Shown: positions 12,454 to 25,669, counted from the stretch's first letter. The stretch is DNA of 64,000 bases from Eledone cirrhosa (GCA_964016885.1 OZ024752.1:43152001-43216000); one strand, 5' to 3'. Notes: generated by a model from the letters alone, not told the origin. Numbers and translations: made by a program.

Positions 12454-14128
12454 GTAAAGAAGAGAAAACCCTGAAAATAGTTTTAATTTAAAATTTTCCA
12501 CACACATTCACACCCTTTTGTTCTGTTTTGTTTTTTTAATTTATGGACATATCATGTTTCTTCTCTCCTTGTCTTTTGAAACAGAATTAAATTTCTCTCT
12601 CCAGAATTATATTTCCATTTTTTTCCAATTCCCAAAATATTCTTCTCTTTTCTGACTTTGTGTCGATATCGTGTCCATCATGGCTAGTAGAAACTTTAAT
12701 CAGTCCTGTACAATAATCTGTAGGGTTTAGGGTAATTTAAGCTTGTATTCATGATTAAAATAAAATTTTAATGAAAGGACCTAACATTTAGGAATCTCTT
12801 AGATTAGATCCCAGGTTTTTTTTTTATTTTTGGTTTGGTTTGGTTTGGTTCAAAAGACAAGATTTATGTGCAAAAAAAAATCTTTAAAAATACAAGAAAT
12901 TAAAAAAAAAATCCCTCAAAAGTAAATGTTTGTTAATGTTGTTTTGTAATTGTATATGGCTTAGTCATGTGTGGAGGGGTGGGGGCAGCGCCTGTGATCT
13001 TTTATTTTTCAAGGTCTCAAACTGGAAGGGAGGTGTTATCTTCAGATCGTTTGCAACAATGTGGTCTTGATTTAAAGACACCTTAACTCTTAACATCCTA
13101 TATCACATGAAACCACATTAGCAAGACATTCTGGAAAAGTACAAAACATTACTGTGACAGCATCACATTAATTTAATGATAATGTCTTTACTTTAATCCT
13201 GCAAATTCTCACAACAACCTGTCCATTAGTATAGATGCTGTAAACAGTTGAATTAATAAACCTGTTTTTAGATATTTTCTGTTAAATCCCTACAGGATAA
13301 GAGTCAACAACCAAGTTTGTTAAACAATCTGTCCACTAGTATAGATATTGTAAACAGTTGAATTAATAAACCTGTTTTTAGATGTTTTCCATTAAATCCC
13401 TACAGGAGTGGTTCCTAACCTGGGGTGGGAGATTCAGTTTCTTGGGGGTGTAAGCAGAGGTTTAGACAAAATAACTTTTTTTTTTTTTTCTTTTCTTTTC
13501 CATTTTACACACTGGCAGACATACATTCGCTCAGGCAACAGACGTAAACAGAGAGTAGTAGTAAAAGGTAGTCAAACTACTTCTCTCTCTTTATGTGTTG
13601 TGTCAGAATCACAGAAATTTATATGTAGATTAAAAAAAGGCTCTCTTTTAATGAAATTCCTATAAAACACCAAACATATTTTATAGGAATCTTAAATCAC
13701 CTGACCAACTTCTACTCCCAGTATATGACTAGTATTTTGACAGACCCCTATCATTAGAAAATACAGAAAACTAACCACAGTAGATGGGTGGCCAGCAGCT
13801 GCTAAGAAGAATCAAACCCTGTACCTCAGACGGTATATTACTCAATTTTCTAAGCTATTGTTTCTAGCAATTCACTGTGGTTATTTTCTGCATTTTCTAA
13901 GAATTTCAATCTACTCTACGCTCTGATAATTTACTTTCAAAATATATATAATTCAATATAAACCACTCCTGGTTTATTTTAAAGTATTTATATTTATCTA
14001 AAAAAAAAACCTTTTAGAATTTTATGTAAGAAACTTTGTTGTGTTTCAACCCGAATTATTACTAAATACTCCGAATTCTTGATAATCATATGTAGTGTCT
14101 TTTATTAAAAATATGGTAACAAAAGGAG

Positions 14129-14269
14129 TTAACTGTTGCTGTTTATCTCACTGAGCAGATCAATGTATGCCCCAGCAATCAAATCACATTTCTGAATATT
14201 GAATTTGTCCATAAAGTCTTCTGCAATTTGAACCCCTTCTGAATTTTTCTGACCTTCATTCATCATTAT
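14129..14269 (-). CDS. CYTH/CyaB-like coding exon 4 of 4 (IMMNEGQK...LIAGAYIDLLSEINSNS-stop); full protein 174 aa
   Basis: Polypyrimidine tract plus AG acceptor; C-terminal AYxDLL motif; TAA stop; AATAAA on the minus strand at 14106-14101. Confidence 0.92.
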   Translation of the reverse strand: MMMNEGQKNSEGVQIAEDFMDKFNIQKCDLIAGAYIDLLSEINSNS

Positions 14270-14550
14270 CTTGAAAAGAAGAAAAAAAGGGAAATTGATA
14301 AGAAAAGCAATTTATTCACAGACACGCTTACAATAATACGCACTTACAGGCATACGTTCAAACAAACACACCTACACTCACGCACAACAGTTTTTTCACC
14401 ATCCCCTTCCTTCCTTTTACACATACATTCACACGTAAAGAGAGAGGAGTAGTATGAGGTAATCAAACTACTCCTTTCTCTTTACATGTTGTGACAATCG
14501 CAGAAATATATATATAGATGTATACGTGTTTGAATAACAATGTTACCAAC

Positions 14551-14676
14551 CTCCAATTCCATGAAGCTCCCTAATCCTTCGACATCATCAATGTGAATCC
14601 GTGTTTGACCAACAATATACAACTCCCGCCGTTTCTTCACAATTCCTTTCACACCCAGAGCACGACTCAGCACAAT
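14551..14676 (-). CDS. CYTH/CyaB-like coding exon 3 of 4 (IVLSRALGVKGIVKKRRELYIVGQTRIHIDDVEGLGSFMELE)
   Basis: 126 nt, phase 0-0; VxKxR, RIHxD and FxELE CYTH motifs. Confidence 0.94.
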
Positions 14677-14766
14677 CTGTAACAATAACCCATTAACATT
14701 TACTTTACTCTATATATACTATTGTATTTTCGTGATGAACACTTCATCTATATGTATATATATTTA

Positions 14767-15515
14767 TTTCATTTCATATCATTTTACGTCCGCTTTTCCC
14801 TGCTTGCAAGGGTGGGACAGGAATTGATTCTGGCTTGATTTCTACAGCTGGATGCCCTTCCTAACACCAACCTCATTTACAGTGAGTGCTGGGTGCTTTT
14901 TTTTCCGTGGCGCCTCCACGTCCACTTTACAGTGTGGGCTGGGTGCTTTTTTTGCCGTGGCGCCTCCACGACCACTCTACAGTTGAATGATATGGACTCC
15001 CAGTCCCTATCATCTCATTTCTACAGCTGAGTAAACTGGAGCAATTTGAAATAAAGTGTCTTGCTCAAGGATACAACACATCACCCGGTCTGAGAATTGA
15101 ACTCACAATCTTTTGATTGCAAGGCCAATGCTGTAACCACTAAGCCATGTGCCTCCATCTATATATATATATGTGCGTGTGTATATATATATATATATAT
15201 GTGTGTGTATTCATTTCATTTTACGTCCGCTTTTTCCCTGCTTGCAAGGGTGGGACGAGAACTGATTCTGGCTTGATTTCTATAGCTGGATGCCCTTCCT
15301 AACACCAACCTCATTTACAGTGAGTGCTGGGTGCTTTTTTGCAGTGGAATGATATGGACCCCCAGTCCCTATCATCTCATTTCTACAGCTGAGTAAACTG
15401 GAGCAATGTGAAATAAAGTGTCTTGCTCAAGGAAACAACACATCACCAGGTCTGAGAATTGAACTCACCTTTCGATTGCAAGCCCAATGCTCTAACCACT
15501 AAGCCATGTGCCTCC

Positions 15516-15516
<1 letters not shown>
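14767..15516 (-). mobile_element. Two tandem CORE-type SINE copies (about 14767-15156 and 15210-15516)
   Basis: Reverse complements of the same family, separated by a (TA/TG)n tract. Confidence 0.85.
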
Positions 15517-15549
<33 letters not shown>

Positions 15550-15937
15550 ATGCAGTGAGAGGATCTGTAAAAAGGGAAAGAGTGCTCTAGACAATGAAAA
15601 AGAGCCAATATATTATGATTCCAACACAAACGTCATGCTAACTTAGGTTTCAATATACATACACAGTGAAATTCACGGGGTATAAAAAAAATTCTTTATG
15701 ACAAACAAATTGAGCATTTGTTTGTTATTACCTCAAGAATTGAAAAAAAATTTTGTTATAACAGAATTTTACCTGTATATATATAGAGAGAGAGAGAAAG
15801 AGACTGGTAATTTATTTACCAATCACGAAACAATTCCTTAACATAAGTATGAGCAGCTGATTTGAACAGAAAGCGGTAAGAGAATTCTGGCCAGATACGG
15901 CCGGTTTAAATGCTAAAGGGTTAATAAGAAGAATTAC

Positions 15938-16039
15938 CTGTAGAGTATTTGGATCATCAATAACACTGATATCAAAACTGCTTTCTTTGGCATTTTCTGT
16001 GTCTTTTCTCTCATAGAATATCAATTGTGACTTGGCGTT
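15938..16039 (-). CDS. CYTH/CyaB-like coding exon 2 of 4 (NAKSQLIFYERKDTENAKESSFDISVIDDPNTLQ)
   Basis: 102 nt, phase 0-0, tag/gtaat boundaries; LIFYER motif. Confidence 0.92.
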
Positions 16040-16367
16040 CTACAGTAAAATGAAATCTTAAAATAATTAAAATTCATGTAAATGTGGTTGGTGTTAGGAA
16101 GGACATCCAGCTGTAAAAATCCCTGGCCAAATTTAGTCCCATCAGAGCAAGGTACAGTGTGACCAATCCTGGCCAGACTTTTCTCTTGATGCGGACAACC
16201 TGTCTGACCCATGCAAGAATGGACAACTGGACCATCTGCAAGGGTTCCGGTCAATTGTATCCAGTCTAATCCAGCCTTTGTTTCAGGCTGGCTCTTATTT
16301 TATTGATCTCCTAGGTTACAGTTCTAACATAGAGAGATGCAATTTCACACCAGTTTATACATCATAA

Positions 16368-16702
16368 ACACATGGCTTAGTGGTTAGAGCATTGGCCTTG
16401 CAATCGAAAGGTTGTGAGTTCAATTCTCAGACCGAGTGATGTGTTGTTTCCTTGAGCAAGAGACTTTATTTCACATTGCTCCAGTTTACTCAGCTGTAGA
16501 AATGAGATGATAGGACTGAGGTCCCTATCATTCCACTGCAAAGTGGTCGTGTAGGCGCCACGGCAAAAAAGCACCCAGCACTCACTGTAAATGAGGTTGG
16601 TGTTAGGAAGGGCATCCAGCTGTAGAAATCAAGCCAGAATCAGTTCCCGTCCCACCCTTGCAAGCAGGGAAAAGTGGACGTAAAATGAAATGATGATGAT
16701 GA
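16368..16702 (+). mobile_element. CORE-type SINE (same family)
   Basis: Full head, core and tail match to 48944-49255. Confidence 0.85.
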
Positions 16703-17029
16703 AACACAGCAGGTTATCTTCTTGTTTTCTTCTGTTATTTATTATCATCATCATTTGTCGCTTGAAGGTCTGCTTTTCCTGCAAGCAAGGGTTGGACAGG
16801 TCTACATAGACCAAGTCGGTACTGAAGTAGAGCCACTGATCTGTGAGACAGGCCAGGGATCTGCGTCGTGCTTATGTACGGTCTCATTCATGCAAAGGAG
16901 AGGTGGTCATGACTGAGGGGTCCTCCCACCCATGTTTGGCAACGTTTCTACTGCTGGGTGCGTTTATCTTATAAAAATCTTCCATCTTAATTTTATGTAG
17001 GAACCTTTGATAAGTTATGTCCCAAACAC

Positions 17030-17562
17030 CAGCCATAGTATCTAGAATAAGGACTGCATGGAAGAAGTTAAGGGAGCTGCTTCCTCTGTTGACAACAAAG
17101 GGTTTCTCCCTACGAACGAAAGGTTGGTTCTATGATACCTGTGTGAGATGCGCGATACTGCATGGTATTGAGACATGGGCAGCAACTGCTGAGGATATGC
17201 TACAGCTGGAAAGAAATGAAGCAAGCATGCTCTGATGAATATGCTTGAACGACCAAACATAGACGAGTTGAGAGTGAAACTGTATAAGAGGGATAAACTG
17301 TAGTGTGCGGGAGAGAAGACTGCATTGGTATGGCCATGTGATGCACATGAAAGATGACTGCTGGGTGCAAAAGTGCCAGGAAATCCCAGTGGAACGAAGA
17401 CCACGAAAAACATGGGCAGAGGTGGTGAGAGCTGACCTCAGATCGCTGAAGCTCAGAGGAGATGAGGGATCATGATGAATGGAGAGATGCTGTACTGAAG
17501 AGGACCCATCCCATCCCACCCTTGCAAGTAGGGAAAAATGGATGTAAAAGGATGATGATGAT
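17030..17562 (+). mobile_element. Degenerate RTE-type LINE 3' end
   Basis: RIRTAWKKLRELLPLLT...LERNEASML, ending in the same tail and (TGA)n as the SINEs. Confidence 0.8.
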
Positions 17563-18253
17563 TACTATATATATGCTATTGTATTTTTGTGGTAAAGGCT
17601 TTATCTTGCATATTTATCTCACATAATATTGAATCTAACACCTCCTGCTGGAACACCCCTGCACAACATTGGACTTGGCAGGGTTTAATGAGAAAGGACA
17701 GCGATGAGTTCGGCTGTGGTGGAACCACATCTAGCCAAGCTTTGTAATTGACTCTTGTGGACATGACAAGAAGTATGAGCAGCCACTTACAGCTGGTTTG
17801 AACAGAAAGAGGTGAGATAATTCTGGCTGGATATAGCCGGTTTAAATGCTAAAGGGTTAATATTAAGAAAGTTAGTTATATCACTAAAAAAAAGTTTAAA
17901 GTCTGTCTTAAGCCAGAAGGCTCATTTAGCCGGTGCTTATCCCGGTTTCATGGCATGAAGTGACTAAGAATAGAAGACCTGCCCTGGACAGGACACCAGT
18001 CCATTGCAGGGTTAAATCCCCAGCTATTGCTGGTACTCATTTTGCAGCTGAGTATGCTGGAGCAATGTGAAATGAAGTATTTTGTTCAAGAACACAACAC
18101 ACAACTCAGGAATCGAACCCACAGCATTATGATCATAAGCCCAACACCCTTACCACTTGGCCATGTGCCTCCACAGTTATATCACTAAATCCCATAAAAT
18201 TCTTGATCATTTTCAAAATTATTAGAAAATCATAGACGATGTATTTTATTTAA

Positions 18254-18485
18254 CCCTTTAGCATTTACATTACTCTATATTCACTCTAAAGAAATTATTA
18301 TATTTTCTCGGTAAACACTTTACCGCACTTAATTATCTCACATAATATTGAATCTATGAGATTTTGATATTATTTATTTTGAGAACAATACCTTAACATC
18401 AGTATGAGTGGTCGGATATGACAGGTTTGAACAGAAAGAGGTGAGAGAATTCTGGCCGGATACAGCCGGTTTAAATGCTAAAGGG
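18254..18485. mobile_element. piggyBac-like MITE
   Basis: 14-bp TIR CCCTTTAGCATTTA with TTAA on both sides; partial copies near 9369-9570, 11860-11944, 17560-17860, 47615-47765, 53580-53782, 60330-60525. Confidence 0.85.
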
Positions 18486-18534
18486 TTAAAATATGGTCAG
18501 AAAAGGATTTAAACAGTTATAATTTAATAAATAC

Positions 18535-18690
18535 CTGAGTTTTCCTTAGCTTAAGTCTTCCTTGTGGAACTTTAAAGAACACATCTTCTTGGATTAGCAG
18601 ATCAGTTGTTGTTATATTCTCTGTCAGAACTTGGTTCTTCAACCATTCAACATCCTTTACTCTGGCTTTTATTTCTACATTGGTAGGCAT
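18535..18690 (-). CDS. CYTH-domain / class IV adenylate cyclase (CyaB)-like protein, coding exon 1 of 4 (MPTNVEIKAR...FFKVPQGRLKLRKTQ)
   Basis: N-terminal NVEIKAR and Q-D-xFF...GRLKLR motifs of CYTH enzymes; acceptor AG 11 nt upstream of the ATG; GT donor at 18534. Confidence 0.92.
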
Positions 18691-20316
18691 CTTCAGCAAT
18701 TCTAATTAAAGGAGAAATTAACAAATAAATTAACCCTTTCGATACTACAGCCACATGAAATTGTTCATAGTTTTTATGATAACAAACTGCTCCTCATTTT
18801 AAAGTATGAGTACAATTCCAAGGTCACTTCACTCTCTCTCTTGTCCTTTGTACATGTGTGTATATATATTAAGTTGTAGTTCCTGTCTGTTTGTTTGTTC
18901 ACAAACTCCTCCTATGGTTTTGGAGATAGACCCCTATAACCATATATATTCTGAAATTACATTGCCCAGGGTACTTGGCTAAGTATATTTCATTTTAATG
19001 ACCGTGTCTCGTTCATACAGAACTGTTTCTGGCTGGTTTTCTACAGCTGGATGCCCTTCCTAACACCACGTGGTTGGTGTTAGGAAGGGCATCCAGCTGT
19101 AGAATACTCAGCCAAATTTATAGCCCTCGCCAGAACAAGGTCCAACATGGCCAGTCTTGCCTCCCAGCATCGATGACCCGTCTAACCTAATGCTAGCGTG
19201 GAATAATTGATGCTGAGTGATGATGATGATGGAGGTGGTGATGATGATGATGATGTGTGTCTGTGTGATGATTGCTTGATCTTCAACTGTCATTCAAGTC
19301 TTAATAAGGATTTCACAGAGACAGTACTTTTCTGATTATCATTATCACTATTGTTGTTGTTGTTGTAGTTGTAATTGATGTTGTTGGTGTTGATGTTGTT
19401 GTTGGTATTGTTATTGATGTTGTTATTGTTATTGTTGTTGTTATTGTCAATGTTTTTGTCTCATCAAAATCAATAGGTCTTCTAACTCCCCCCCCACCCC
19501 TCCTTTTCTACATATATTAATATTATGTTGTTGTTGTTGTTGTCTCATAAAAATCAATCAATCCTCCCCCTTCTTTACATACATTATCTTGTTATTGTTT
19601 CTGTTGATGATGTTGTTGTTATTGTTGTTGTTGATGTTGTTATCGGTGTTATTGTTGTTGTTGTTACTGTCTCATCAAAATCAAGCACCCCCCCCCTCCT
19701 TTCCTACATGTACTATCTTGCTATTGTTTCACATCCATTGATATATTGATTGATCATTTTTCCATTAATGTTTTTTTAATGTTAGATAATTTGTTAGACA
19801 CCTAACAACACATACAATATAACACATAGATACATACACAACACACAGATACACACGCACAACACATAGACACACACATGCATAACACATAGATACACAC
19901 ACACAAAAACATATAGACATACACATATATACACACTCAAACAGAACACATAGACACACACACACACACAACACAAAGATATACACACACACTCAAAATC
20001 AGCCCCGGGGGAGCAAAACATGGTCCTCCGATCTGATACTCTTCCAAAGGGTTTCTCGTCCAACCCATGCTAGCTTGGACGTTAAACAATGATGATGTTG
20101 TTTTAGTCGTGTTGACTGTAAACAACAAAATATTCCAAAGTATATCAATAAATCACATTAATCAATCTATATAATATATAGTTTACATGATCATCTCGCT
20201 GGGGACCCATAAAATCAATAATGTAGTGATGATAAATTGGTTTGATTGTATCAACTACATCTACCAATATTTATTGTAGTTTGTGTGTTTGTTTTTTGTG
20301 TACTCATTAACATTTA

Positions 20317-20690
20317 CCGTATTTCCCAGCGCCGAAGACGCTTTGTCCTCAAGGACGCACCCTAATTTTGACAACCAAAAATTTGGAAAAAAAATACTTG
20401 TTTCAACTTTTGCCACAAGGCCAACAATTAACCCAGTGCATTACTGGTACTTTATTTTATCGACCCCGTAAGGATGAAAGGCAAAGTTAACCTCGGCGTC
20501 ATTTGAACTCGGATCGTAAAGGGTCGTAACTCTATGTTACAAAGCATGGCGTCCAGCCCTCCACCGATACTGCCAATCCACCGCCTTTTGAAGAAATATA
20601 ATGAACAATCTTCGACCTCCAGGACTCAGGGTAGATTTTTTTAGGCATATTTTAGGAAAAAAGTAGTGTCTTCGACGCCGGGAAATATGG
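20317..20690. mobile_element. Tc/mariner (Tc2/pogo-like) MITE with nested SINE
   Basis: Imperfect TIR CCGTATTTCCC.GCG.CGAAGAC with TA flanks; SINE at about 20398-20590 inside. Confidence 0.7.
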
Positions 20691-20699
20691 TACACACAA

Positions 20700-21560
20700 A
20701 AACCAGATTATCTACATAAAGAAGTTCCCATGGACAGCCAGTCTTAAACTCCTCTGCTATGGCCTGGAGAAAGAACTATGATGAACAGCAGTGGACTAAG
20801 AACAGAACCTTGATGAACTCCTACCTATACCTTGAATTTCTCACTAAACTAAGTTAGTTCCTACTCTCACTTTACTAATAGCTCCTCTGTACATGGCTTG
20901 CACTGCTCTCAGAAGCCTCTTCTACACTTAATTTCTTTAACCCTTTAGCATTTAAACCAGCCATATCCGATCAGAATTCTCTCACCTCTTTCTGTTCAGA
21001 CCAGCCATAACTGGCTGCTCATACTGACATTATGGTATTGTTCTCAAAATAAATAACATCAAAAATCTCCTAGTCGATATTATTTGAGATAATTATGTAA
21101 GATAAAGCCTTTACCACAAAAATACAATAGTATATATAGAGTAATGTAAATGCTAAAGGGTTAAGGACCACCAGATAACAGAATGAGGTACTCTATCAAA
21201 GGCCTTTTCTTGACAAGAAACTTCTCTTGTAGTAGAAGAGGGAATCTGTACTACTTTTCCCAGGCATGAAACCAAACTGCATCTCGTCTAATTTGACTGT
21301 TTCCCTAATTAGCTGTGCTATAACTCTTTATGTCACTCTCATAACTTGGTCCATTAGTTTTATTCCTCTGTAGTTGCTCCTTTCTAGAGCATCACTTTTA
21401 CTCTTGTAGCAATTTATAATTGTACTGTTGCAGTCATTAGGTATGACTCCATCTTGTGTTACCTTATTGACTATGCAGGTTACTAGTTCAACTCCTACTT
21501 GTCACAATACCAAAGTATCTTGGTAAAATATTCTGACGCTACCGCGGCTCCACAATCCTT
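20700..21560 (-). mobile_element. Degenerate RTE-type LINE reverse-transcriptase fragment
   Basis: Minus strand reads LQAIAEEFKTGCPWELLYVDNL (YADD-equivalent); frameshifts and stops. Confidence 0.8.
20941..21160. mobile_element. piggyBac-like MITE, complete, inserted in a LINE fragment
   Basis: Same TIR and TTAA flanks, opposite orientation; interrupts RT-like sequence. Confidence 0.85.
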
Positions 21561-21892
21561 CTCCTTGATTGCTTCTTTGACCCTATGCTACAAAGCATTG
21601 TGTCTGACGCTCTACCGATTCTGCCAATCCACCAAGGAATAATGTTTGTCCGCACTCAAAAAAAAAAAAAAAAATGACGAGTTAAAAGATTAGTGATATT
21701 TATTCTTTAAACATTTATCAACCCCCAGCATAGTGGCGGCACCCCAGCATGGCATCAATACCTCGGCTGGAACGAAAATAAATAAATAAACATGTTGATA
21801 GTATCATTTTCATTCATGCAAATTAAAAGAGTTTGTCTATGTTATTAAAAACGAAAGATTACCGTTTACAGAATTTTATAGTTTTATCTCAC

Positions 21893-22071
21893 CTTTTTTT
21901 TTTTTTTTTTTTTACAAGCAGTTATTGGTGAGGACTGTAGCCGGTATATTAAGAATTAAAACAATTTTGCTTTTGAAACTTGTATGAAACGAAACCACAC
22001 TAATTATCTGTCCTGTTTACAAATTAATAATTTAAATGTTTACAATCGGTTTCATAAAGGTCACTTCCGGT
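21893..22071 (-). promoter_or_regulatory. Candidate promoter and non-coding first exon of the CYTH gene
   Basis: Perfect ETS-type ACCGGAAGTG at 22071-22062 and AAG|gtgaga donor at 21893/21892; the ATG exon has an acceptor, so an upstream exon is required. Confidence 0.5.
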
Positions 22072-22596
22072 AATAGTTTCGTACAATCATTGACCACTTT
22101 TTTAACTTTAAAGTTTAAGAAATTGTTCACAAAAACCCGTTAAACATACATACATGATATTAAATAAGCATATATTTTCTACTAATTTTTAATTGTAAAA
22201 TACAAAGGTTGTGTTCTGAGTTCTCATAAGTACTATTGTCAAAGCCAGCAGCATGGTTTTTATCACCCTAAGCTAACCCTATAATGTGTACCTAGTTATT
22301 TAATGTCTTAGATTAACCCTACAATGTGTACTGTTTTCTTCTAGTCACGTTCTCTATTCTCCGAAATAAAATAATTTCAACTTACTGTTTAGTAAGTTGA
22401 TAAACTTGGTTTATTACTAAGCCTGCATTATCCTCTACATAGTCCACACACACCCATGCCAAATCACGTTAGAAATTATAACACTATACAACCCTCTCCT
22501 CCACCTTGGATATTTCCACAATGCTGCTACACAGTAAAGATGTTTAGTGATTTATATATTTATAGATCACTGGAAATTATTATACATTTAATTTAA

Positions 22597-22937
22597 TCTA
22601 TATATAAATTTCAACGACTTCCGTCCGTCACACAAGGTGTGTGTGTGTGTGTTTGTGTGAATGTATGTGTAAAAGGAAGGAAGGGGATGGTGAAAAAAAA
22701 CTATAGCAAAATAGCGGCTAGCGTTCCATTTGCTATGTTGTGTGTGAGTGTGTGTTTGTGTGAATATATATTTGTGTGTTTGTGTGAATGTATGGCTGTA
22801 AGTGTATCTGTGTCTGTTCGGTTATATTTATATACTCGATACATATAAATGTATGCACGTACACACGCACACACATACGCACGCACACACACACACACAT
22901 ATAGACATACACATCAGCGTGTTGAAAAGCATTCTAG
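22597..22937 (+). mobile_element. Non-autonomous Helitron-like element
   Basis: Starts TCTATATATAAA, ends CTAG, sits between A and T with no TSD; related copies at 10743-11197 (with SINE insert), about 13540-13630 and about 14370-14520 (both reverse). Confidence 0.65.
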
Positions 22938-24831
22938 TAACACAAATGTGTATAAAACTATGGTCCCTCTCCCTAGAAGGCTTTAATAGTAGCACCATTC
23001 CTTGTTATTGTACAGCTTATTATTGTAGTGTAAACTTTAACTTCAGCTGCTCCGATAGGAAACTGCAGGAAAGAGTGGAGGAAAAAACAACAACACCCTT
23101 CTCCACCTCTTCATGCATTCTATCACAAGCATAAAGCGACACAAATAGAAAGGTTTACTTGATTTAGTATTGGATAAGTATATAACTGGTACTAAGCAAA
23201 CCGCCTTTTCGTGTTCATTTGAGCTGCTAGAAATAGCAGCCAAATTTTTTTTAATGTCACTCCCTAATATGTACTATATTCCTGAAAATATATACCAAAA
23301 CAGATGGGGTGGTCCTGACTAGAATGCCTTTGATCATAGATCTTTCGAGATGACCTAGGGTTATAAACAACAACTAAAAATAAGGTAGCTTTTCTGTAGT
23401 CACTTGACCTGCTAGAAATAGCAGCCGAATCTCCTATATTGGATAATGTAGTTATAGTTGTATATATGCCTGAAAAATATATAGTCGGGATTGTTAGTGT
23501 TGGAAGGACTTTGATCATAGACCTTCTCAGGCAAAACAGTGGTGTGCTAAACAACACGAACAACTGGAAATCATTCTGTCAATTGACCTTCAATGAATGA
23601 AAACCAAAATCGATCTCAGGCAGAATTGAACTCAGATGGTAAAAAGAAAAAGACGCATCACATTTATCACAAAACCTTTTGTCTAACGCGCTACCGTTTC
23701 TGCCATCAAACAGTCTTCATAGATATAGAGAGAGATAGAGGGGAACCGTTTACTGTTATTAAATGTGAAAAAAAAAAAAATAAGGAACCATAGTGTTATT
23801 AAACTTCATTCCAGTAGAAATACATAGGTAATTCGTGTAAGTTTATATTATATAGTTACATTAAATGTGTAAAAGGCTGCCCGTTTGTAAGCACACCATT
23901 ATTATAGTTTCTTTGTAATCAGTCGGCTAATTATGACCCATCTTAAGGTAGAGGAGGTAGGGTGGTTGATAATTTTTTAAGTTTCTAATAATATAGATGA
24001 TAATGGTGGTAATAATCTCTGACACTTACATAGGTGTAATGGCTCATGTGGGTTTGTTTGGAGAGGTTTTGATATACTTTTTATTACCTTTAAACCATAA
24101 AGAAATTATTTCCCCAATCTTCTTTCTTCACTTCAACGCACTGTGATGGTGATAATGATATTAGCATAGAAGGCTTATAATAACTACAAGCTTAGAAAAT
24201 TAATACATAAAACTATATATCACTTTTCAACATTATCATTATGAACAACCTTTATCATAAACATTATTATCATCATCATTTTCGATCATAATAAAATATC
24301 GTAGTTTTAAACTTTAAATACAATGAGAAAGAAAAGCAGGAAAATGGGACAATTTATTTCGCTTATGGGAAAGCTTCTTCAAGTTTAGAAAATAAATAAA
24401 TGAAGATATATTTTATTATTATCATCATTATCGTTATTATCACCATCATTATTATCGTCATTATTATCGATTGTGAATATCATAGTTTTAAACTTTAAAT
24501 GCAGTAAGAAGAAAAAAAAGGGAGAAATGGGACAATATATTTATTTCTTAGGCCAAGAAGTCTTGTTTATCAAATACATTTCAGGAGACAATGCTTAGAC
24601 AAATATTTGTAAATAAATAAACCATATTTATGTATGTTTATATATATATATATATAAATGTATAAGTTGGAGAGACTTTAGAGCATGCCACCTTTTATAT
24701 GAAAAATATTTATATATAATAATAATAGGTATAAATCGAAGTTGTATATATATATATATATATGAATGTATTTTTTGTGTTTAAATGTATTTATGCATGA
24801 TACCCCTATTATACACACACCTCTTTCTTTC

Positions 24832-24876
<45 letters not shown>

Positions 24877-25669
24877 ATGTATATATTTATACACACACAC
24901 GCATAAATATACGAATCTATGTTTATTCATATACATATATAATACATTTGAATATATATATATATATATATATACATTTATATGTTCAATTTTCATACAA
25001 TAACCGTTAAATCTTTTTAGTAAGGCAATCCTCTCGTTTTCTCAAGTATTTATTAGTAAAAATACGAGGAAAATATTTATACACTACAAGTAAATAAATA
25101 AATTATATAACAAACACCAACTAAAAAAGGTGTTTAATAATATTGCAACTAGAGTGTTGTTGATTTCACAATGCAGACGATAACATTATTTCAAGTAATC
25201 ACTTTCCCTGTAAATAATGGCTAATTAATTTTCAAGAAGACCAACTTTATTTTATCATTCTTCATCAGATATATATTTTAACTTTTTATATTGGTGATAA
25301 GATAAGATAGCTTATAGATATTAATTTTGCTTATTGCTTTTTCTATCTACCATCTGTGAGTTGCCAACCTTCTAAGTATTATTACCTGCATGACCATAAA
25401 ATGGAGGATTGATTTCCAACATAAAAACAACTGATAATAGACCTCCAATTCGTGCCCAGCCCATGAATGTATTCCTACACCTCAGGCGAGAAAAGAAAAT
25501 ACACGAAACAAAAAATTAAATTCCTTTAACTCTCGTAGAATACAACGGTTTAATACAAAGAGAGACGTTAATGATATATTTATGTTATATTTTCATCACT
25601 AAAAATAGCTAATTATTAACTTTCATTGAAATATTTCTCTGATTGTTGAGGGACTCTGTTTTCATTGTA

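Noticed and set aside
25215-25278. Minus-strand CTGATGA...GAAA-A-TTAA-TTA hammerhead-like string
   Set aside because: Stem II is out of register and stem I cannot form; likely chance in AT-rich DNA.
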